A stretch of DNA of 64,000 nt from Utricularia gibba (lineage: Eukaryota; Plantae; Magnoliophyta): assembly GCA_002189035.1 (NCBI GenBank), contig NEEC01000031.1, positions 1-64,000 of the forward strand, read 5' to 3'. The notes below the pieces were generated by a model. The model was not told where the DNA came from. It saw nothing but the letters and a program-made list of their open reading frames with translations, and searched no databases. The stretch's first letter is position 1. Each line of letters starts with the position of its first letter. Below are positions 27,397 through 42,229 of the stretch, in pieces. The position numbers and the translations under genes are program-made.

Positions 27397-27784
27397 CCTC
27401 TCAACTTGAAGATTTGATTTTTATTGTTTTCCTGGTGTTTCAGATGGCTTTATAGAAGGGAAGAATGGTGTGAAGAGGAAGGAAACAGCAGTCTTCAGAA
27501 TTACTCCAATATTCCTCTGTAAAACACGTAATTTAAGAAGATACCCAATTTCAACCTCTACTATTTTCAAGTAAAGACGGAGGCTTTACCTGAAACTAGG
27601 GTTCCGCTGACCTATTCTCCAGCGATTCACGATCCATTTCTGCGAGAACTGAATAGGGTTTTCCGTTTTGGTGATCGCGATCCGACCCGACGGCGTTCCA
27701 ATTCCGTAACCTCGGTAACTCTCGCGGATAACGAAGCGGGAAGCCGCAGCATATCTCTGCTTCGTGGTTCGCGGAATAGAAGAG

Positions 27785-28141
27785 ATGGAGAACTTGAGAA
27801 CCACTCGATGCAGGTTTCTGGGATCTGAATATAGAGCCTTCACGGGCGCTTGACGGCGCTTCTCGGGCCGTTGCTTCAGCACCTTGGCCTGATTTTTCAG
27901 CAGCAGGTGCATTCTTTCTTCCCAGCTTGTTATCACCCCAATTCCTTCAGCATCTTGCTGCTTATGAAGATTGTTGGCCACTTCTAGATCATGCAGATTC
28001 CAGGAACGATCGTTGATTCGAAGATCTCCCTCAATGATGCATCCGAGAAACTAGCCCTGGAGCTGGAAGATCTTAACTCAGATCATGGTACTCTCTAATT
28101 CGAAAAAGGGAATGATTAAGTTCAAAGTTTATGAGTTTTGA
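27785..28141 (+). pseudogene. Internally deleted TGD4-like (At2g44640-like) gene remnant
   Basis: N-terminus MENLRT[fs]LDAGFWDLNI..ALDGASRAV abuts C-terminal LGLIFQQQ | 90-bp GT-AG intron 27907-27996 | IPGTIVDSKISL..WYS[fs]NSKKGMIKFKVYEF*. These match recalled family motifs (MANL..D..FWD.N; LNLIFQQQ; VDS; WYSPKRKEGMIELR.FEF*). Several frameshifts; most of the CDS is absent. Confidence 0.72.
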
Positions 28142-28336
28142 GTCTTTTGATTGCTTCCATGTCTCTTAAGGCCTGAGTCAGAGTGTTGATACATTCTCCA
28201 TCCGTACTGGAAACAATGTTCTACAAGAATCACTCAAGTGGAGCTGCTCAAAATTCATGGCACCCATCCAGAAAGCTTTGCGCATGAAGTGAAATGTTCT
28301 ACAAGTAGGGTGAGTGCTATCCGAGAATTGGACAAT

Positions 28337-29645
28337 CTATTCAACTACAGCCAGAAGATCACCTGCCTTGCAGAAACAATGTCTTCCGTCTGCCCCAAGA
28401 TCGACCTGAAGAAAACAAACGCATAGGGATGGCCATTCTCATATGAGCTTAAGATAGAAATTCCCACAGAGACTTGTGAATCAAAGCACATTTGACACGA
28501 TGGAGAAAAAGAATTATAATGGCACTAGCGAGTGGAGAGAGGCTAAGTCACGTACCTCATAAGCGCTGATGTCGGAGAACATGACCTGTGTAGAATGATC
28601 ATATGCATCAGGTATCTTCAAAGGACACGTTCATAGAGAGTAGCAGAATAAAACAGGGACTAGTGTGCGCTAGGGGAACACAGGAGGAAATGAAGGTTTA
28701 TGAAAAGCTTCCAACATTTTTGGACAGATTTTTGAGTCAAGATTGTGGTGAGGTGTTGCAACCAACCTTCTTTCCAGTTTCGACTTCACCAGCGTCTGTG
28801 CCAACGGAGAGAACCTGAAATTGGAAGAAAATAGCTAAAGCAACTAAAGCAGCGCATTCTAAACGACAAAAGGTGCAACTTCGGGAGAACATCATGCTTG
28901 TGATGCTCTGTTCTCATGCCTTGATTTTTGTCAGAAAATTATGAGTTTCGAATCCATTTTGAGATTCAGAGAGGCATCATTAGGAAAAAAAAAAAGAAAA
29001 AAAAACTCCTTTGATCATCGGCGAACACGGAATAGTGCAACTACCTCTCCGACAAGGTAACGCTCGAATTTCACCGCTGACTTTGGCAGCAGCACGCCAC
29101 CAGCGGATTTCTGTTGGCAAAGATACTATCAGCCTTACAGAATCACAATGAGCGAAAACATTACAATATGCAACATGGCAGAGGCAAATGCAAAACCTAA
29201 AAAGAACTGCACATTTCGAATCCAAAGTTAAGCGATACCTCCGGCAACTCCTCCAAGCGAATCAAAACTCTATCAGCCTGGGGAACAACCTGGAAGCAAG
29301 AAAAAAAAATCAAAAAACCATTTCTCTTAATTATCCAAATCCTCATTTAAACAAGGAACAAGAAAGTAACAAAACAGAGAACCTTCGCGGGTTCGTATGT
29401 CCTTGCCATCGCATTAACTCCAACAGGCATCCTCTTCAGACCTGTCAACAACCCATTGCAAAAACTTCAAAAATTGCGCAAGAATCAATAAAAAAAATAG
29501 TGTGAGAAATGAGAAATCAGGCCACTGTGAAACGAGGGATTCGATCGGCATACAAACCTGCGACCCGGTTCGTAGAAATGCATGGGAATGTCGGCCTCCG
29601 GCAAGAAAATGACGACGCAGGAAGAGCAATGAAAGACGCCGCCAT
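28337..29645 (-). CDS. CPN10: Chloroplast 10-kDa chaperonin (GroES-like), multi-exon
   Basis: Transit peptide MAASFIALPASSFS..; exons QADRVLIRLEELPE, KSAGGVLLPKSAVKFERYLVGE, VMFSDISAYE, VDLGADGRHCFCKAGDLLAVVE*. Not captured by the ORF track. Confidence 0.92.
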
Positions 29646-30385
29646 GGACGAACCAGCGAGCACAGTGCACAGAGAACTTCTGGATTTGGTTACAAACTGC
29701 GAAGGTCTATGCCACGTTCCCCAAGCTCGTTGATTCGTATACCGGCAACACTCACTTTCTTCATGGGCCGCCTTGTTCAGCCCATTATCCCTATACTAGA
29801 CATGATCGCCTCTCGATTATTTAGCCCAATGGGCCGAGCTGCCTTCTTGTTTGCATTATATTAATCGAGTTATCGTATTGTGACAACAAGGTACTACGTC
29901 TTCGTCGCCGTATGATACTAAAATACAAATGACTCCATAAAAATGTGCCCGTTACATGATTGGTGACGGGTGACAGAACTACTGAATTATGAGAATTAGG
30001 TGCAACTGTTAGAAATAAATAAAGATTAAACAAGACCTATTTAGAGTGGCGTTTGCTACGGCCCCCCGCCCACCCCTAATCAGCATCATGGTTAAGCAGG
30101 ATTAATGAGCTACTTATGGTTAATATTGGGGAATTTAATCAGTAAACTACTAAAGTGCTGCGGGAAAGAAGAAAGCTGGAAGCCAAGTATGGGAATAGAG
30201 AAGCAGAAAAAAGATGGAGTTCCGTTAATCCTTTGCTAAACCAGGATTGCATGGTATTTAAGGAATTTATATGATTTCCAGTACGAGTTACCGAACGAGA
30301 CGCATGATCAAAAGGAATTTTCTATCTAAGAAAAAAAATGAAGCAAAGTACCTATTTGCCCTCGGGATTGGAAGAATTTACATTC

Positions 30386-31483
30386 CTAGATTCCAGAAAG
30401 CCACCGGAATAGCTCGCTGATTTCTTCTCCGACCCGGTGGTTGGCTTCCAGATCCTCGACGGTGGCGGAAGGTTCGGTGCGGCGGCTACTGCCAGTGCCG
30501 GAGAAGAATCGACCGGAACTTCTAAATGATATAGCACGGGAAGAGATGGAGATCGAGGCCAATCTATCGACGTATTCCCGGAGCCAGTTTCTGCCGGTGG
30601 AAACGTCGGCGGCGATAGCTTCTCCAGGCGGCTCAGGAATGGGAATCCCGATTGACGATTCTTTATCAACAGAAGTGCAATCGGAAGCACCACGGCGGTG
30701 AGTAATCGACGCGACGGAAACCTCGTAGCCATTCTCGTCAACAATGTAATCGAACGAACCGATTGAATACGCCCTCCGATCTCCCTCCACAGCCTCAATG
30801 GAACCACCGCGTCTGCGACTAATACTCCCGATTTCGATACGATAACTGCCACTATTTCCGTTCCCAAAACTGCCGGTCCCAACACCGGGATTCTCACCGG
30901 ATATTATTTTCCCAGCCAAATCTGAATCCGACGCCACAACCGCCGACCGACACAGAGGACAACTCTGGTTCGACACTATCCACGCATCTATACACTCGGC
31001 GTGGAACGCGTGACAACACAGAGGCAACAACCGGAGTTTATCGTGCCTCTCAAACTTCGATAAGCACACCGCGCAGTCTCCTCCCGTGAGATTTCCAGAA
31101 ACTGAACCAAACGTAAAAATCGGTAGCGAGTCCAGCAAGCCGACGCTCGCCGCTTGGCATTGCTGCTGCCGGCCGGAGCTCAGGCCTAACGAATCGTGCC
31201 TTCGTACGACGTCGTCCGCGGCGGAAAACGTTCGGAACGAACGATGAAATCTCTTGGAGAGGAAGCGAAGGAGAATGTAGATCAACGCCGAGACGACGAC
31301 AGCGGAGGCTACGATGATAATGATTACGATGATTGAAGTCGATGAGGACGTTCCTGATGCGGAAGAGAATGTGGTTGTGGAAACCGCGTACGGCGGAGGA
31401 AACTGTGGCATCTGAGGCATATCGCCTTCCGTAGCTCCGCCGGTGAGCGAGTCCGGCGACGGCGGAGCAAATAGAGTCGCCAT
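30386..31483 (-). CDS. ATL4: RING-H2 E3 ubiquitin ligase, ATL family (ATL4-like)
   Basis: N-terminal TM (IIVIIIIVASAVVVSALIYILLRF), GLD-like LLDSLPIF, RING-H2 CAVCLSKF..LPLCCHAFHAECIDAW..SCPLCR; intronless. Confidence 0.92.
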   Translation of the reverse strand: MATLFAPPSPDSLTGGATEGDMPQMPQFPPPYAVSTTTFSSASGTSSSTSIIVIIIIVASAVVVSALIYILLRFLSKRFHRSFRTFSAADDVVRRHDSLGLSSGRQQQCQAASVGLLDSLPIFTFGSVSGNLTGGDCAVCLSKFERHDKLRLLPLCCHAFHAECIDAWIVSNQSCPLCRSAVVASDSDLAGKIISGENPGVGTGSFGNGNSGSYRIEIGSISRRRGGSIEAVEGDRRAYSIGSFDYIVDENGYEVSVASITHRRGASDCTSVDKESSIGIPIPEPPGEAIAADVSTGRNWLREYVDRLASISISSRAISFRSSGRFFSGTGSSRRTEPSATVEDLEANHRVGEEISELFRWLSGI

Positions 31484-33946
31484 GGCGGTGGAATTTGAAG
31501 AAGAGAGAGAGAGAGAGACGGTGGGGGCTTTGCGGTGAGCGAACTGGATTAGGCCATCATCGTCTAGAGAGAGAGGTGGACGCTAGCGGTATTTATGGCG
31601 TTCGCCTGTGAATTAAATGCTCTTTTCGTGTAATTTGCGTAAAAAGGGCCAAAGGCGTGCTTTGCAAATATAAAATGTCGCTCCTCTCAAATGCACACTT
31701 TCGACAAACTTACCGTTTTGTAGTTTTTGAATTCGAATGATTAATTTTACGTAATAAATATGTTCCCCATTATTTACCATTTAGTATCACAAATTTATTA
31801 ATTTTTGTTCTTATTTTCCTCTTCATAAAACACACACATTGTATACAAACATTTATGCGATGTTTCTCAATATTCTATTTAATGTAAATATTAATAATAA
31901 AATTTTAAATTAAATCGATAATTTAATTTAAAATTAACTTTAAATTTCTTAATAATATAATATGAATAATTGTAATAGTTTGGTTTGGGGATTTGGGAAA
32001 TTGAAATTAATCAACGGAAAATACCGAAAAAGGCGCAGAAATGCTGGGCAGTTGTGCCAACTGTAAGCCGCGATGGGGCCCACTTTTAACCTTATTTGCA
32101 TTTTCCTAAAATTAAAAAATACATGATTTTCATTGCTCTCGACAGTTCTAAAATCATGTAATGCCACGTCACGGGGTTAGTTAAAAACATGTCTGTTTTA
32201 TACTGTCAATCCACAATTAGTTAAATCGGCGTGGGTTTAATTAGACCACCCGACATTTAATTTGCGGGAAATCAAACACGTGCACGGGTGGTCACCGGAC
32301 ATCCGGCGTCGGTCTCAATCAAACGGATGGGATGCTCTTTCATTTTCTTTTTTTTTTTAATTTCTTTAAACCTATTTTTCAGATTACTTGGATTATTACG
32401 ACATGCCAATGCCATAGATGAGCAGGGAGGTGACATCCTGCAATAAATATGATTTGATTGATTTGATAACATTATTTAATATAACATACAATTAAAAAAT
32501 ATAAAAAATGAACATTTTAATAAACTGTATGGCCCGTACCAGGTATTCCTTCCAAGTATTCCATAGTAAATGCAGTAACTAAATTAAAAAAAAAAAGAAA
32601 AAAAAAGCGGGGAGGAGGAGGGGAATTAAATAGGTATGGGCTAAGAATTAAATTGTGTGCATTAGGAGTGCCATCTGGTTGTACGATTTGTTAGTGATTA
32701 ATTGGGGAGGGTGCCCACACCCACACCACGCCCCTTCCCCTTCAATAAAATGCTTCAATTACTGGCTAAGTGGCGGGTCACTATCAATAATGCACAACCT
32801 AAACCTACCAACTTAATTCCGTCACATCCCCCGCCACCATGTTGCTTCTTTCCCATACGAGACGACGAGGACAAGCGATGGGTGACGTATGGAACGAAGA
32901 TGGTGAAATATGAGGAGATGATGAAGAGGGTGGGGGAGTTTGAGCTTGTGATTGCATTCAATGGATGGGTTGAGTAGAATGTGGAATGCATCATCCTGAC
33001 CAATTTGAGCTATTGTAATGAAAGAGGAGAATGTTAGGGTGGGATAATATTCGGACAACGTACTGTTGTGGATGTCAGGGGCATGAGTTAACACCTACTG
33101 AGGTATGTAACATTACCAGTGTTTGATAGTATAGTATAAAAGGTTTATATTTGAAGTTACACATAAATTAATTAATTAATATATATAAATTATTCTTGTA
33201 GAATTATATCACTTATTTATATATTTTCCGAGTATATAGTTGATATACACAAATAGATAGAATTAATTATATCTATACCACTTACCTTCTAAATTCTATT
33301 CTTGAATACCAAATCTTATGTACGATTGAGTACATTAACAATTAATTATATTGTATTTAAATATATAAATATCCTAATATCAAACATGCTCATAATGACT
33401 ATATATGTTGTTTGGCATTTATAAAGAATAAAAAAAAATATTGATATGTATATTTAGAATATGGAGATTAAAACATCACAAATAAAAATCAAATATAGAA
33501 AGAAAGGTTTAATTGCATGTATGTGGCATTGATGGATTATATGCACAAGTGATGAGAGTACGCCGTGGTGGTTGTGGCGTCCAGGCCGTACATCTTTCCA
33601 TGTGGCCGGAGAATTTAATTCCACCATCCCTCTCCATGCTAAGTACCCATCCCGCCGGATATCAAACCACCGACACCATTGATGCAGATTTGAAACTTCC
33701 CTTGGGCTTCGCGTTCAGTCTCACGTTTGTGTCCAAAGAGTCGACAGTTCGTACTGAGGAGACACCGATTCGGAATGCAATGAAGCGCGAGATTCAGAAG
33801 GGTTTGGGTTGTGCATTCGGAGTAACTAATGAAGCCAAAACATGATCTTGTACAGTTCCCAATATAACTAACAGAGTGTACTCGCATGTGTGGATCAAGT
33901 GCTACTATCTAAAAAAACTGGTTGAAATGAAGCTTCTGGGCCGTGT

Positions 33947-36019
33947 TCACAAGCTCCCTTCCAGCTGGTGAAGAACTGGGTAGCTTTCATCGTCTTCGTC
34001 TGCGTAGCCAGGAACAGGAGCAGGGGCATTGCCCGTTGATGTTAAGGATGACATGTAGGTTGTGTCTTCAAGGCAGCCGGCTTTTCCCAGAAGCTCAAAC
34101 ACTGCTTCCCTAGATGTGGTATCGCTGTCTTGTTCAGAGATGTTGAGGATCGCACCAACGTTGGACGGTTTTGGAATCCATTTCCTTGGGACTCAGCGGT
34201 CACCGCATTCTGCAGACAGGATAGCGCTTCAGGGATTCTCCTGTTGTTTATATGATCTTCTGCAAGAATCTCCCATGTCATTGCATTTGGCTTGCCTCCT
34301 GACTCGAGCATTCTGTTGAAAAAGGAGAAGACTTTTTGGGAGAGACCCTTCCTGAGATACCAACCCAGAAGAAGATTTCCGACCCTTGGTTCGAACATTG
34401 TTTTGACCGTGAGCCATTCGTCGTACATCTTCTCAGCCCCTTCAATATCATCCATCCGAACGAGGGCAGAGATCATTGTGCGGTATCCCAAATTTGGAAC
34501 CACAGTGAAAAGGCTCTTGTAAACATTCCACACACGATAAACCTCATCCTTCTTGCCAGCAGTTCCATAAAGGCTGATGAGAAAATGGAACCCTGTGCGA
34601 TCTCGACCGGTTAATCGATTTTCAACCTTCTTTAAGCATCCACTAGCCTTCTCAATGTGCCCTGATCTTATGTACATGGAAGCCATTGAGCTAAAAGTAG
34701 TCCAGTTAGGGTTGATGGAAGGGTCCCTCTCCATGGTAAGGAAAACTTGCTCCATTTTCTCCACGGATCCTTGCAACCCGCATGAAGACAGCCAAATATT
34801 GTACGAATAGATATCCAGTGCCACATTCTTCTCCTTCATTTCAGTCACAAGTGACTCTATCTGGCCATGATCCTTGAGTTTCATGTACAGTGTCATCATC
34901 ACATTGTATGATAGTGCCTGGCTTGCATAGCCCCGATTCCGGATTTTATCCATTAAAGCCTCTGCTTTTTCCTGCATGTTTCCACGAACATATACATTCA
35001 GAAGAGAGCCGTATATTCTCTTATCCTTCAGACCATCAGGCAACTCGAAGAAATATTCTTCTGCACGAGAGATCCCATGTACTTTAGCAATCAAATCGAG
35101 CTGGATCGCTGTATCACTTGTATTTACTCTGAACCGCTCTTCTCTGTTGCTCATCCAGTCATAAATCTGCAAACATGTCAACGAAAACGTTTATCTACTA
35201 AGTTCTGAACAAATCAACCAAGTTAAGTAAAGCAACCAACAGAAATCCAGACACACAGTGAAACTACAAATATCGTTGTCACACTTCATGGAAGACATAA
35301 CACGCACTAAGCCCACTCACCTCACTATATCCAGGAAAAGAGAAACTGAACATATTTGGCTCGCATAATTATAAAAGACAGATACAATGAATGGATAAAG
35401 TGCGCATAGACACAAAACACAATTCATTCATTTCTTAACCAGTGTGGGATATGTCAATCCATTATGCCAGAAATGGGAATTGCACTCAAGCAAGAAGACA
35501 GAGCACAAGCCATATCCATATACCAAAACTACCACAAGATCAAATCTTACCAAACCTAACGCGTCCGCTTAATTATTAGGCAATCAGTATTAGCAGTAGA
35601 CGACGAAAGCTCACCTCCAGCGCAGACATATAGCGCTTAAACTTCCTGAGCTCCTTCACAATCCTACAAAGCTCCCATTTCGAAAGATACTTGCCCGCAT
35701 TTTCCACCTGATTCAGCACAGTGGCAACCCCAATGTTCTCGTTGTCCACCGCACTTAGTTTCTTGAATATACTGTGCCATGTCGGCATTCTCCGTTTCTC
35801 GTAATCCACTGTCCCATAGTTGTACACATCCGAAATCGACGAGCATGTTATCAGCAGAGGATGCTCATGGGTTCTACAGCTAACGGATTTCCGTACAAAA
35901 AATGGCGGATTTTTCAGGAGCGCGGATGAAACTGAGACCCAATTCGGAGAGTATGAATGGGAAACCTCCTTGTGCAGACCGCTCGGAGGAAGATTCAGAG
36001 TCGCCGGATGTAGCAACAT
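33947..36019 (-). CDS. P-type pentatricopeptide repeat protein (At1g02150-like), two exons; frameshift at G run 34188-34190
   Basis: YGTVDYEKR..KWELCRIVKELRKFKRY..ALE|IYDWM..AIQLDLIAKVHG followed by PPR motifs. One extra base gives ESPRKWIPKP..SREAVFELL..LHQLEGSL* (stop 33947), a family-like C-terminus. Confidence 0.92.
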
Positions 36020-36397
36020 CGCTTTAGGGTTTCAGGGATAAGCCTTGGGCTGACTCCTGAGACAGATGATCCCCTCCCAGTCCCATCTTTGATTGCAAAA
36101 ATGTTTCAGATATTTACATTCAAGGCCTCAAACTCTTGGCATTTGCGTATTTCCCCCAAAACTACGCCCTCATTCATATTCATATATTAAGCCATTTTAT
36201 ACTGGTAATCATTATTCCGGCGGATGAATAAAAGAGATTTGCATGGATCAGAGACTCCACTCAACCGACGATGTTTGTGTTAAAAGTCTGAAAGACAAGT
36301 GTTTCTTTTGTTCTGGAGTTACCATCAGCTACTGTCATAGCAGCTACCGGTTCCAAGCAACCCGCACACAGCAAATGGAAGGGGCACCGCCGTCTGA

Positions 36398-38776
36398 TCA
36401 TCTCCGGCTGAGAAGACTGTAAGAAGGCAAGTCTTCAAGGCATGAGATGTCCTCTTTCAGAAGTTCTTTCTCTAACTGATGCCGTGTTGCTTTCATCACG
36501 CTCTGGTTGCAGACATATCATGAGGAACAGCAGATGATGAGTCAAGGAAGTCTGAGATTCTCAGTGAGCAATACTCACGTTAAAGTCCATGTAAGAAGCA
36601 TGCATCGCCAGCCACAGGTGGTCCATTAGCTTGAAGGTGATACAGTAAAGAAGGTCGAATGCGAATTCATTTTCTGTCGAATGAAAAAAAAAAAAAAAAC
36701 AATGGACACTCGGTGAAGGAAGCTTTTAAACAAGGAACACATGATGATATCTATGATTTTACAGCAAAAAAAAAATATTGTTACAAGAAAGCAATAGTGG
36801 TCATGTGGATTCTGTTGTCGCAGTTATTACTGATGTGCCTTACCAGTTAGAAACTGCAAGAAGGTTGCACCCACGAGAGTTCTGGGTTTCACTGCGGATA
36901 TAGAACGCTGATTAACAAGCTAAAAATCAAACGACTGCATTTGCTTTGAGCAACTAAAAAGATATGTGCCTTTGAAACACTGAGAATTGAGCAATGTTTT
37001 ATGAAACCGAAGATTACTTTCCAAAAACAAACAAGCAAAACTGCACTTCTGTAGACGAAAACATTTGATATGAAGGCCGAAATATTGATATTGCTGCAGT
37101 TTTCATTTCGGATTAAGCAAAATAATGCACCCCTCACTACGAACGAAAGCAAAAGGCATACTCTGGTATGAAACAAAGAAAACATGAACGGTTTTGAAAA
37201 ATTAACAAGATATTGAATAAAGAGTACCAGCTTCAAGGTCAAGCATCTGAATGAGCATAAATGTAATGTTGACACCAGCAACAGCAAACGGGTACTCCCA
37301 TAACGCTCTGTCACCTTCCCTCTTATGGAGAAGCCCCTGAAATGATGTCTGTACACCAAGAACCATGCAGTTCAGCACAGAAAGCAGATGCTTACAGCAT
37401 TCCCATAGGAATGATCTAACAGAATGCATTCAGAGTGCACCAATGAACATATAACATAAAAAGAAAGCCAACAGAGGTGAAGTACACACTGGAAAATTCC
37501 GGGCAAAAAACAACAAGTTTTCCAGTGATATTAAGCCACCACCCCTGAAATGAAAAAAAAAAAAGCATTAGAGATCATGCTGATGAATCATTGAAGACAT
37601 AAACCTGTTGGGATATACCGGAAATCAGTAGAGGGGTCTTTTCCCTGCCAACCCATTTCTTTCCACTGCTCTGATATTAAACCACTAAACTCCTCATCAG
37701 GAAACGCAGCATACCATAATGCCCTCAGAGTTTCCTGCATTAGAAGAAAAGATGAGAAGGATCATAATAGATGTATCACTATGAATTGGCTTCTAAAAAC
37801 TCAGTAGACCATACCCGATGTTCTGAAAGTGAACTATCGTAGGCAATATCTATTCGATTCTGTAGTCTCAGTAAGCATTCCTCCTAACAAAAAGACACTG
37901 ATCAAGCGTTGTGACCTGATGCTCTTTTAAACCAAATAACTATACGAATAATGCATAGTGGCATAAACCACAATGTAACTTGTTATAGCCTCAGTAGCTT
38001 CTAGGTATATTCCTGTGAAAGTATATATGTAAAACATGTACCAGAAACTTCATAAAAAGGGCAGAAGTTCAAAAATATGATTTTCAGGAGATGCTGCGGG
38101 TAGTGAATATACAGAAAATTTTCAAAGAAAACATTAAGACAGAGGTAGTAATTCAAAACCTGAAGAGGAGTTAAATCAAACGATGGGCGACCATCATTTT
38201 CTCTAGCATGAACACAGACACATGACAAGCCCCTGCCTAGCCAGGCAGCAGATCCAGCCACAACATCCGCTGTAAACACAGATCAACGGGGAATCTCAAG
38301 CTGTACCCATTCAAGTATAATCATACAAATTCAGTCCATACACTTTAAGAACCAGGGTCTTAAACCAATGCTGAGTAACTTATCTCGCTATTTAGCCTGT
38401 CCTGTAACCCTTAAAGTGGATTATGAACTTCTTTTTACTTTCAATCAAATGCACATTTCCTCTCTAGAGTAATAGAATAGATAAAGAAGTCATAGCAACG
38501 AAGAACATGGCCATTATAGGTTGATGCAGGAAGAAAAGCAATACGGACTAAACTACAGCGAACCAGCGACAAAAAAAACAGTTAAATCTATCAGATTACC
38601 CATACAGTACCTTCCTCTAGAAAAAACAAAGCTTCTTTCCCAAGAACATACAGAGCGAACCCAAAACAAAGAAAAGAAACCAACAAACCAGAAGTAGAAT
38701 GGCACGCAGTTCCTCGATCAAGCCCTTGGGGAATCCGCCTCACCGCAACAAAGGATCCAACCCCTCGATCATCCAT
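36398..38776 (-). CDS. ELMO/CED-12 domain protein, multi-exon
   Basis: MDDRGVGSFVAVRR..; VAGSAAWLGRGLSCVC; WEYPFAVAGVN; final exon SVMKATRHQLEKELLKEDISCLEDLPSYSLLSRR*. Confidence 0.9.
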
Positions 38777-40808
38777 TTCCCCAACCGCGACTCCCTTTCA
38801 AGCAGATTCCCCACTTCCAAACTCAAGATTCTAATCCTCTTCACAATTCCCGGCACAAATCAACCGTCCAGCTTCGCCCCGCCAGAGATTCAAGATCTAC
38901 AAAATCTCAGTTTCGTGGATGCAGCGCATCCAACCGCCGCAATTCAAATGCACGCCGCCGCCTCTGAAACTACGGCGGCACAAGGCTTTATCGATCCCTA
39001 TACGTACGCATGCGTGTGTGCGTGTATCTCTGTGTGTAAATTTTCGTACATATAGATAGAGAGCGAAAATGGAGGTTGCGTTGCCCGGGTTCTGGTTTTC
39101 TTTCTCCTGTTCTTCTTCGTCTTCTTGAAGCTCCTGGATTTTCTCATAACGTCTCGTTATAAAGTGCTCCACGCCCACGGACTAACGTTGCCGTTACTCT
39201 TAAGCAATTAAATAAATCAAAAAATGAATAATCCAGAAATATATATAAAAATATATTAAATTAAACAAAAAAGCACCCGATGGCGATAATCATGTTTCCT
39301 TATAAAGCTGCCTGCTTTTCCAACTGGAGACATCACCACCCAAAAATGATTAATTCATCATTTAAGAAAATATGTTTAAAAATCCGACTATGATGAAATC
39401 AGTTTATGCAACGTTTAGAGGTAATTTTATTTAAAATTAACTTTAGATACTAAGTTTTATTTCAAAGAAACAATTTCAAACTTCTTACATATGCTTGTTG
39501 AGAAGAAAGGGAATGTTTTGTTTTGATCCCACAAAGTCTAGCAACTTTAATGTGAGTTGTCTATTACGACTTCATAACATATTGGAACCATCCCTAGTGG
39601 GTGTTCCTAATGAATTTATTTTTTCAATTTCTAAGAGTCTCTTTGATACAATTCCAGTTTCAATAAAAATACTTATAGGATTGATTCTCAAACAAAACAC
39701 ATACTATTTCTACTTTACGTAAAGTTGAAGTAGTAAAATGCTTCAATTTTTTGAGAAAATGAGGAATCTATACTCCAATAAAAACTAAAGTAATTCTATA
39801 ATAACTTTTTAGTAATTTTTTTTGAAGTTGCAGACCTTAATTGATTTTTAAGTAATGATTTTTTTTTACCCCAACAGCTACCAAATGCGTAATTATTGGG
39901 AAACAAATAGTGATCTGAGTTGGGCATTTGATCATGTGCTATATTAAAAAAATGATTATTTTTAATATAATTTTTTAAGAAATAAATAAAAGGTGACTGA
40001 GATTTGAAAATAAATTATAATGGGAAGTGGGAAGGGTTATCGGAGAAGGGAACCCCGAGAGGATAAGGGATCAGATTCATTGTGGGTCCCACATCATATG
40101 GAGCACATTGGCTGCTGGGCCCCATTTGAAAGGCTCCAACGTGATCCCACGGACGTGATGCCCTTTCTTACTTTCTGAGTCAGTGCGCTACAACAAAACC
40201 CCCTCTTTTTTTATTCTTTTAAATTAAAATACAATTATAATAAAAAAGTGGGAGGTATGTATACCATCATTTTCGGTTCCCATGTGATGGTGGGCATCCA
40301 TCCACTTCCATGGGCCGTGGATTGTACCATACCCATCACATTTAATGCACTTATAACAAACACACAAATAACGCCATCCTTTTAGAAATCATTTTCAATT
40401 TAATAGTGATGCATGGACTAAATAATTATATTCTTATTGCAAATTTGATATATTTATTTTTAAAAATATATTTATAAAACTTATGCATATAGTTGTTTCT
40501 ATTTGTTTACATATAAATAATTAAAATATATTTGGAAAAACATTTGGATATTTACAATTTTAATGGGTATAATTTTATTATTAAAGAAAAGTAACAACCT
40601 AACCGGGGCCCACATGTTTTTTGAAGGAGCACAAATGGTATTTCCAGTTATGGGGCAATGCAAATGGCGAATGTTGATGGTCCTCAGGGGCAATGAATGG
40701 AAATTGGCTTTCAAGTACAGCAAGACAGCCGCAGGCATAGTTAGACAAACCAGCAACATTGATTTCCACACACAGTTTTGCATTCCCAGAAGGGTTGTAG
40801 AGAGAGGC

Positions 40809-41974
<1,166 letters not shown>

Positions 41975-42229
41975 CGATCCAATCAAAGCAAATCACCCTG
42001 ATCGCTCAATTTCTTATCTTTAGTCGAAGAACGCCACGAGCGGAAGAAGAGAAAAAGTTCACAGCTTTTTCTTCCACGAAATGGATGGCGATTGGTGGGT
42101 CAATGACCGATTTTAAATTAATATACGTGTGAAAAGTTTTCTCCAGGGATTATTTCCTGCACCAATCAAATACAGGGGACCGTGGGTTAACTAAAGTAAT
42201 GGTCATTCTCATAATACAGAGGTAAATTT

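Noticed and set aside
27586-27981. 131-aa minus-strand ORF
   Set aside because: GTG start, no recognisable family; largely the antisense shadow of the plus-strand TGD4-like remnant and its 5' region.
38897-39178. 93-aa minus-strand ORF upstream of ELMO
   Set aside because: GTG start and low-complexity GA-rich sequence; best explained as the ELMO 5' UTR.
40283-40340. Imperfect hairpin tgtgatgg..ccatcaca
   Set aside because: Only the 8-bp outer stem is perfect; no known miRNA and no TSD.
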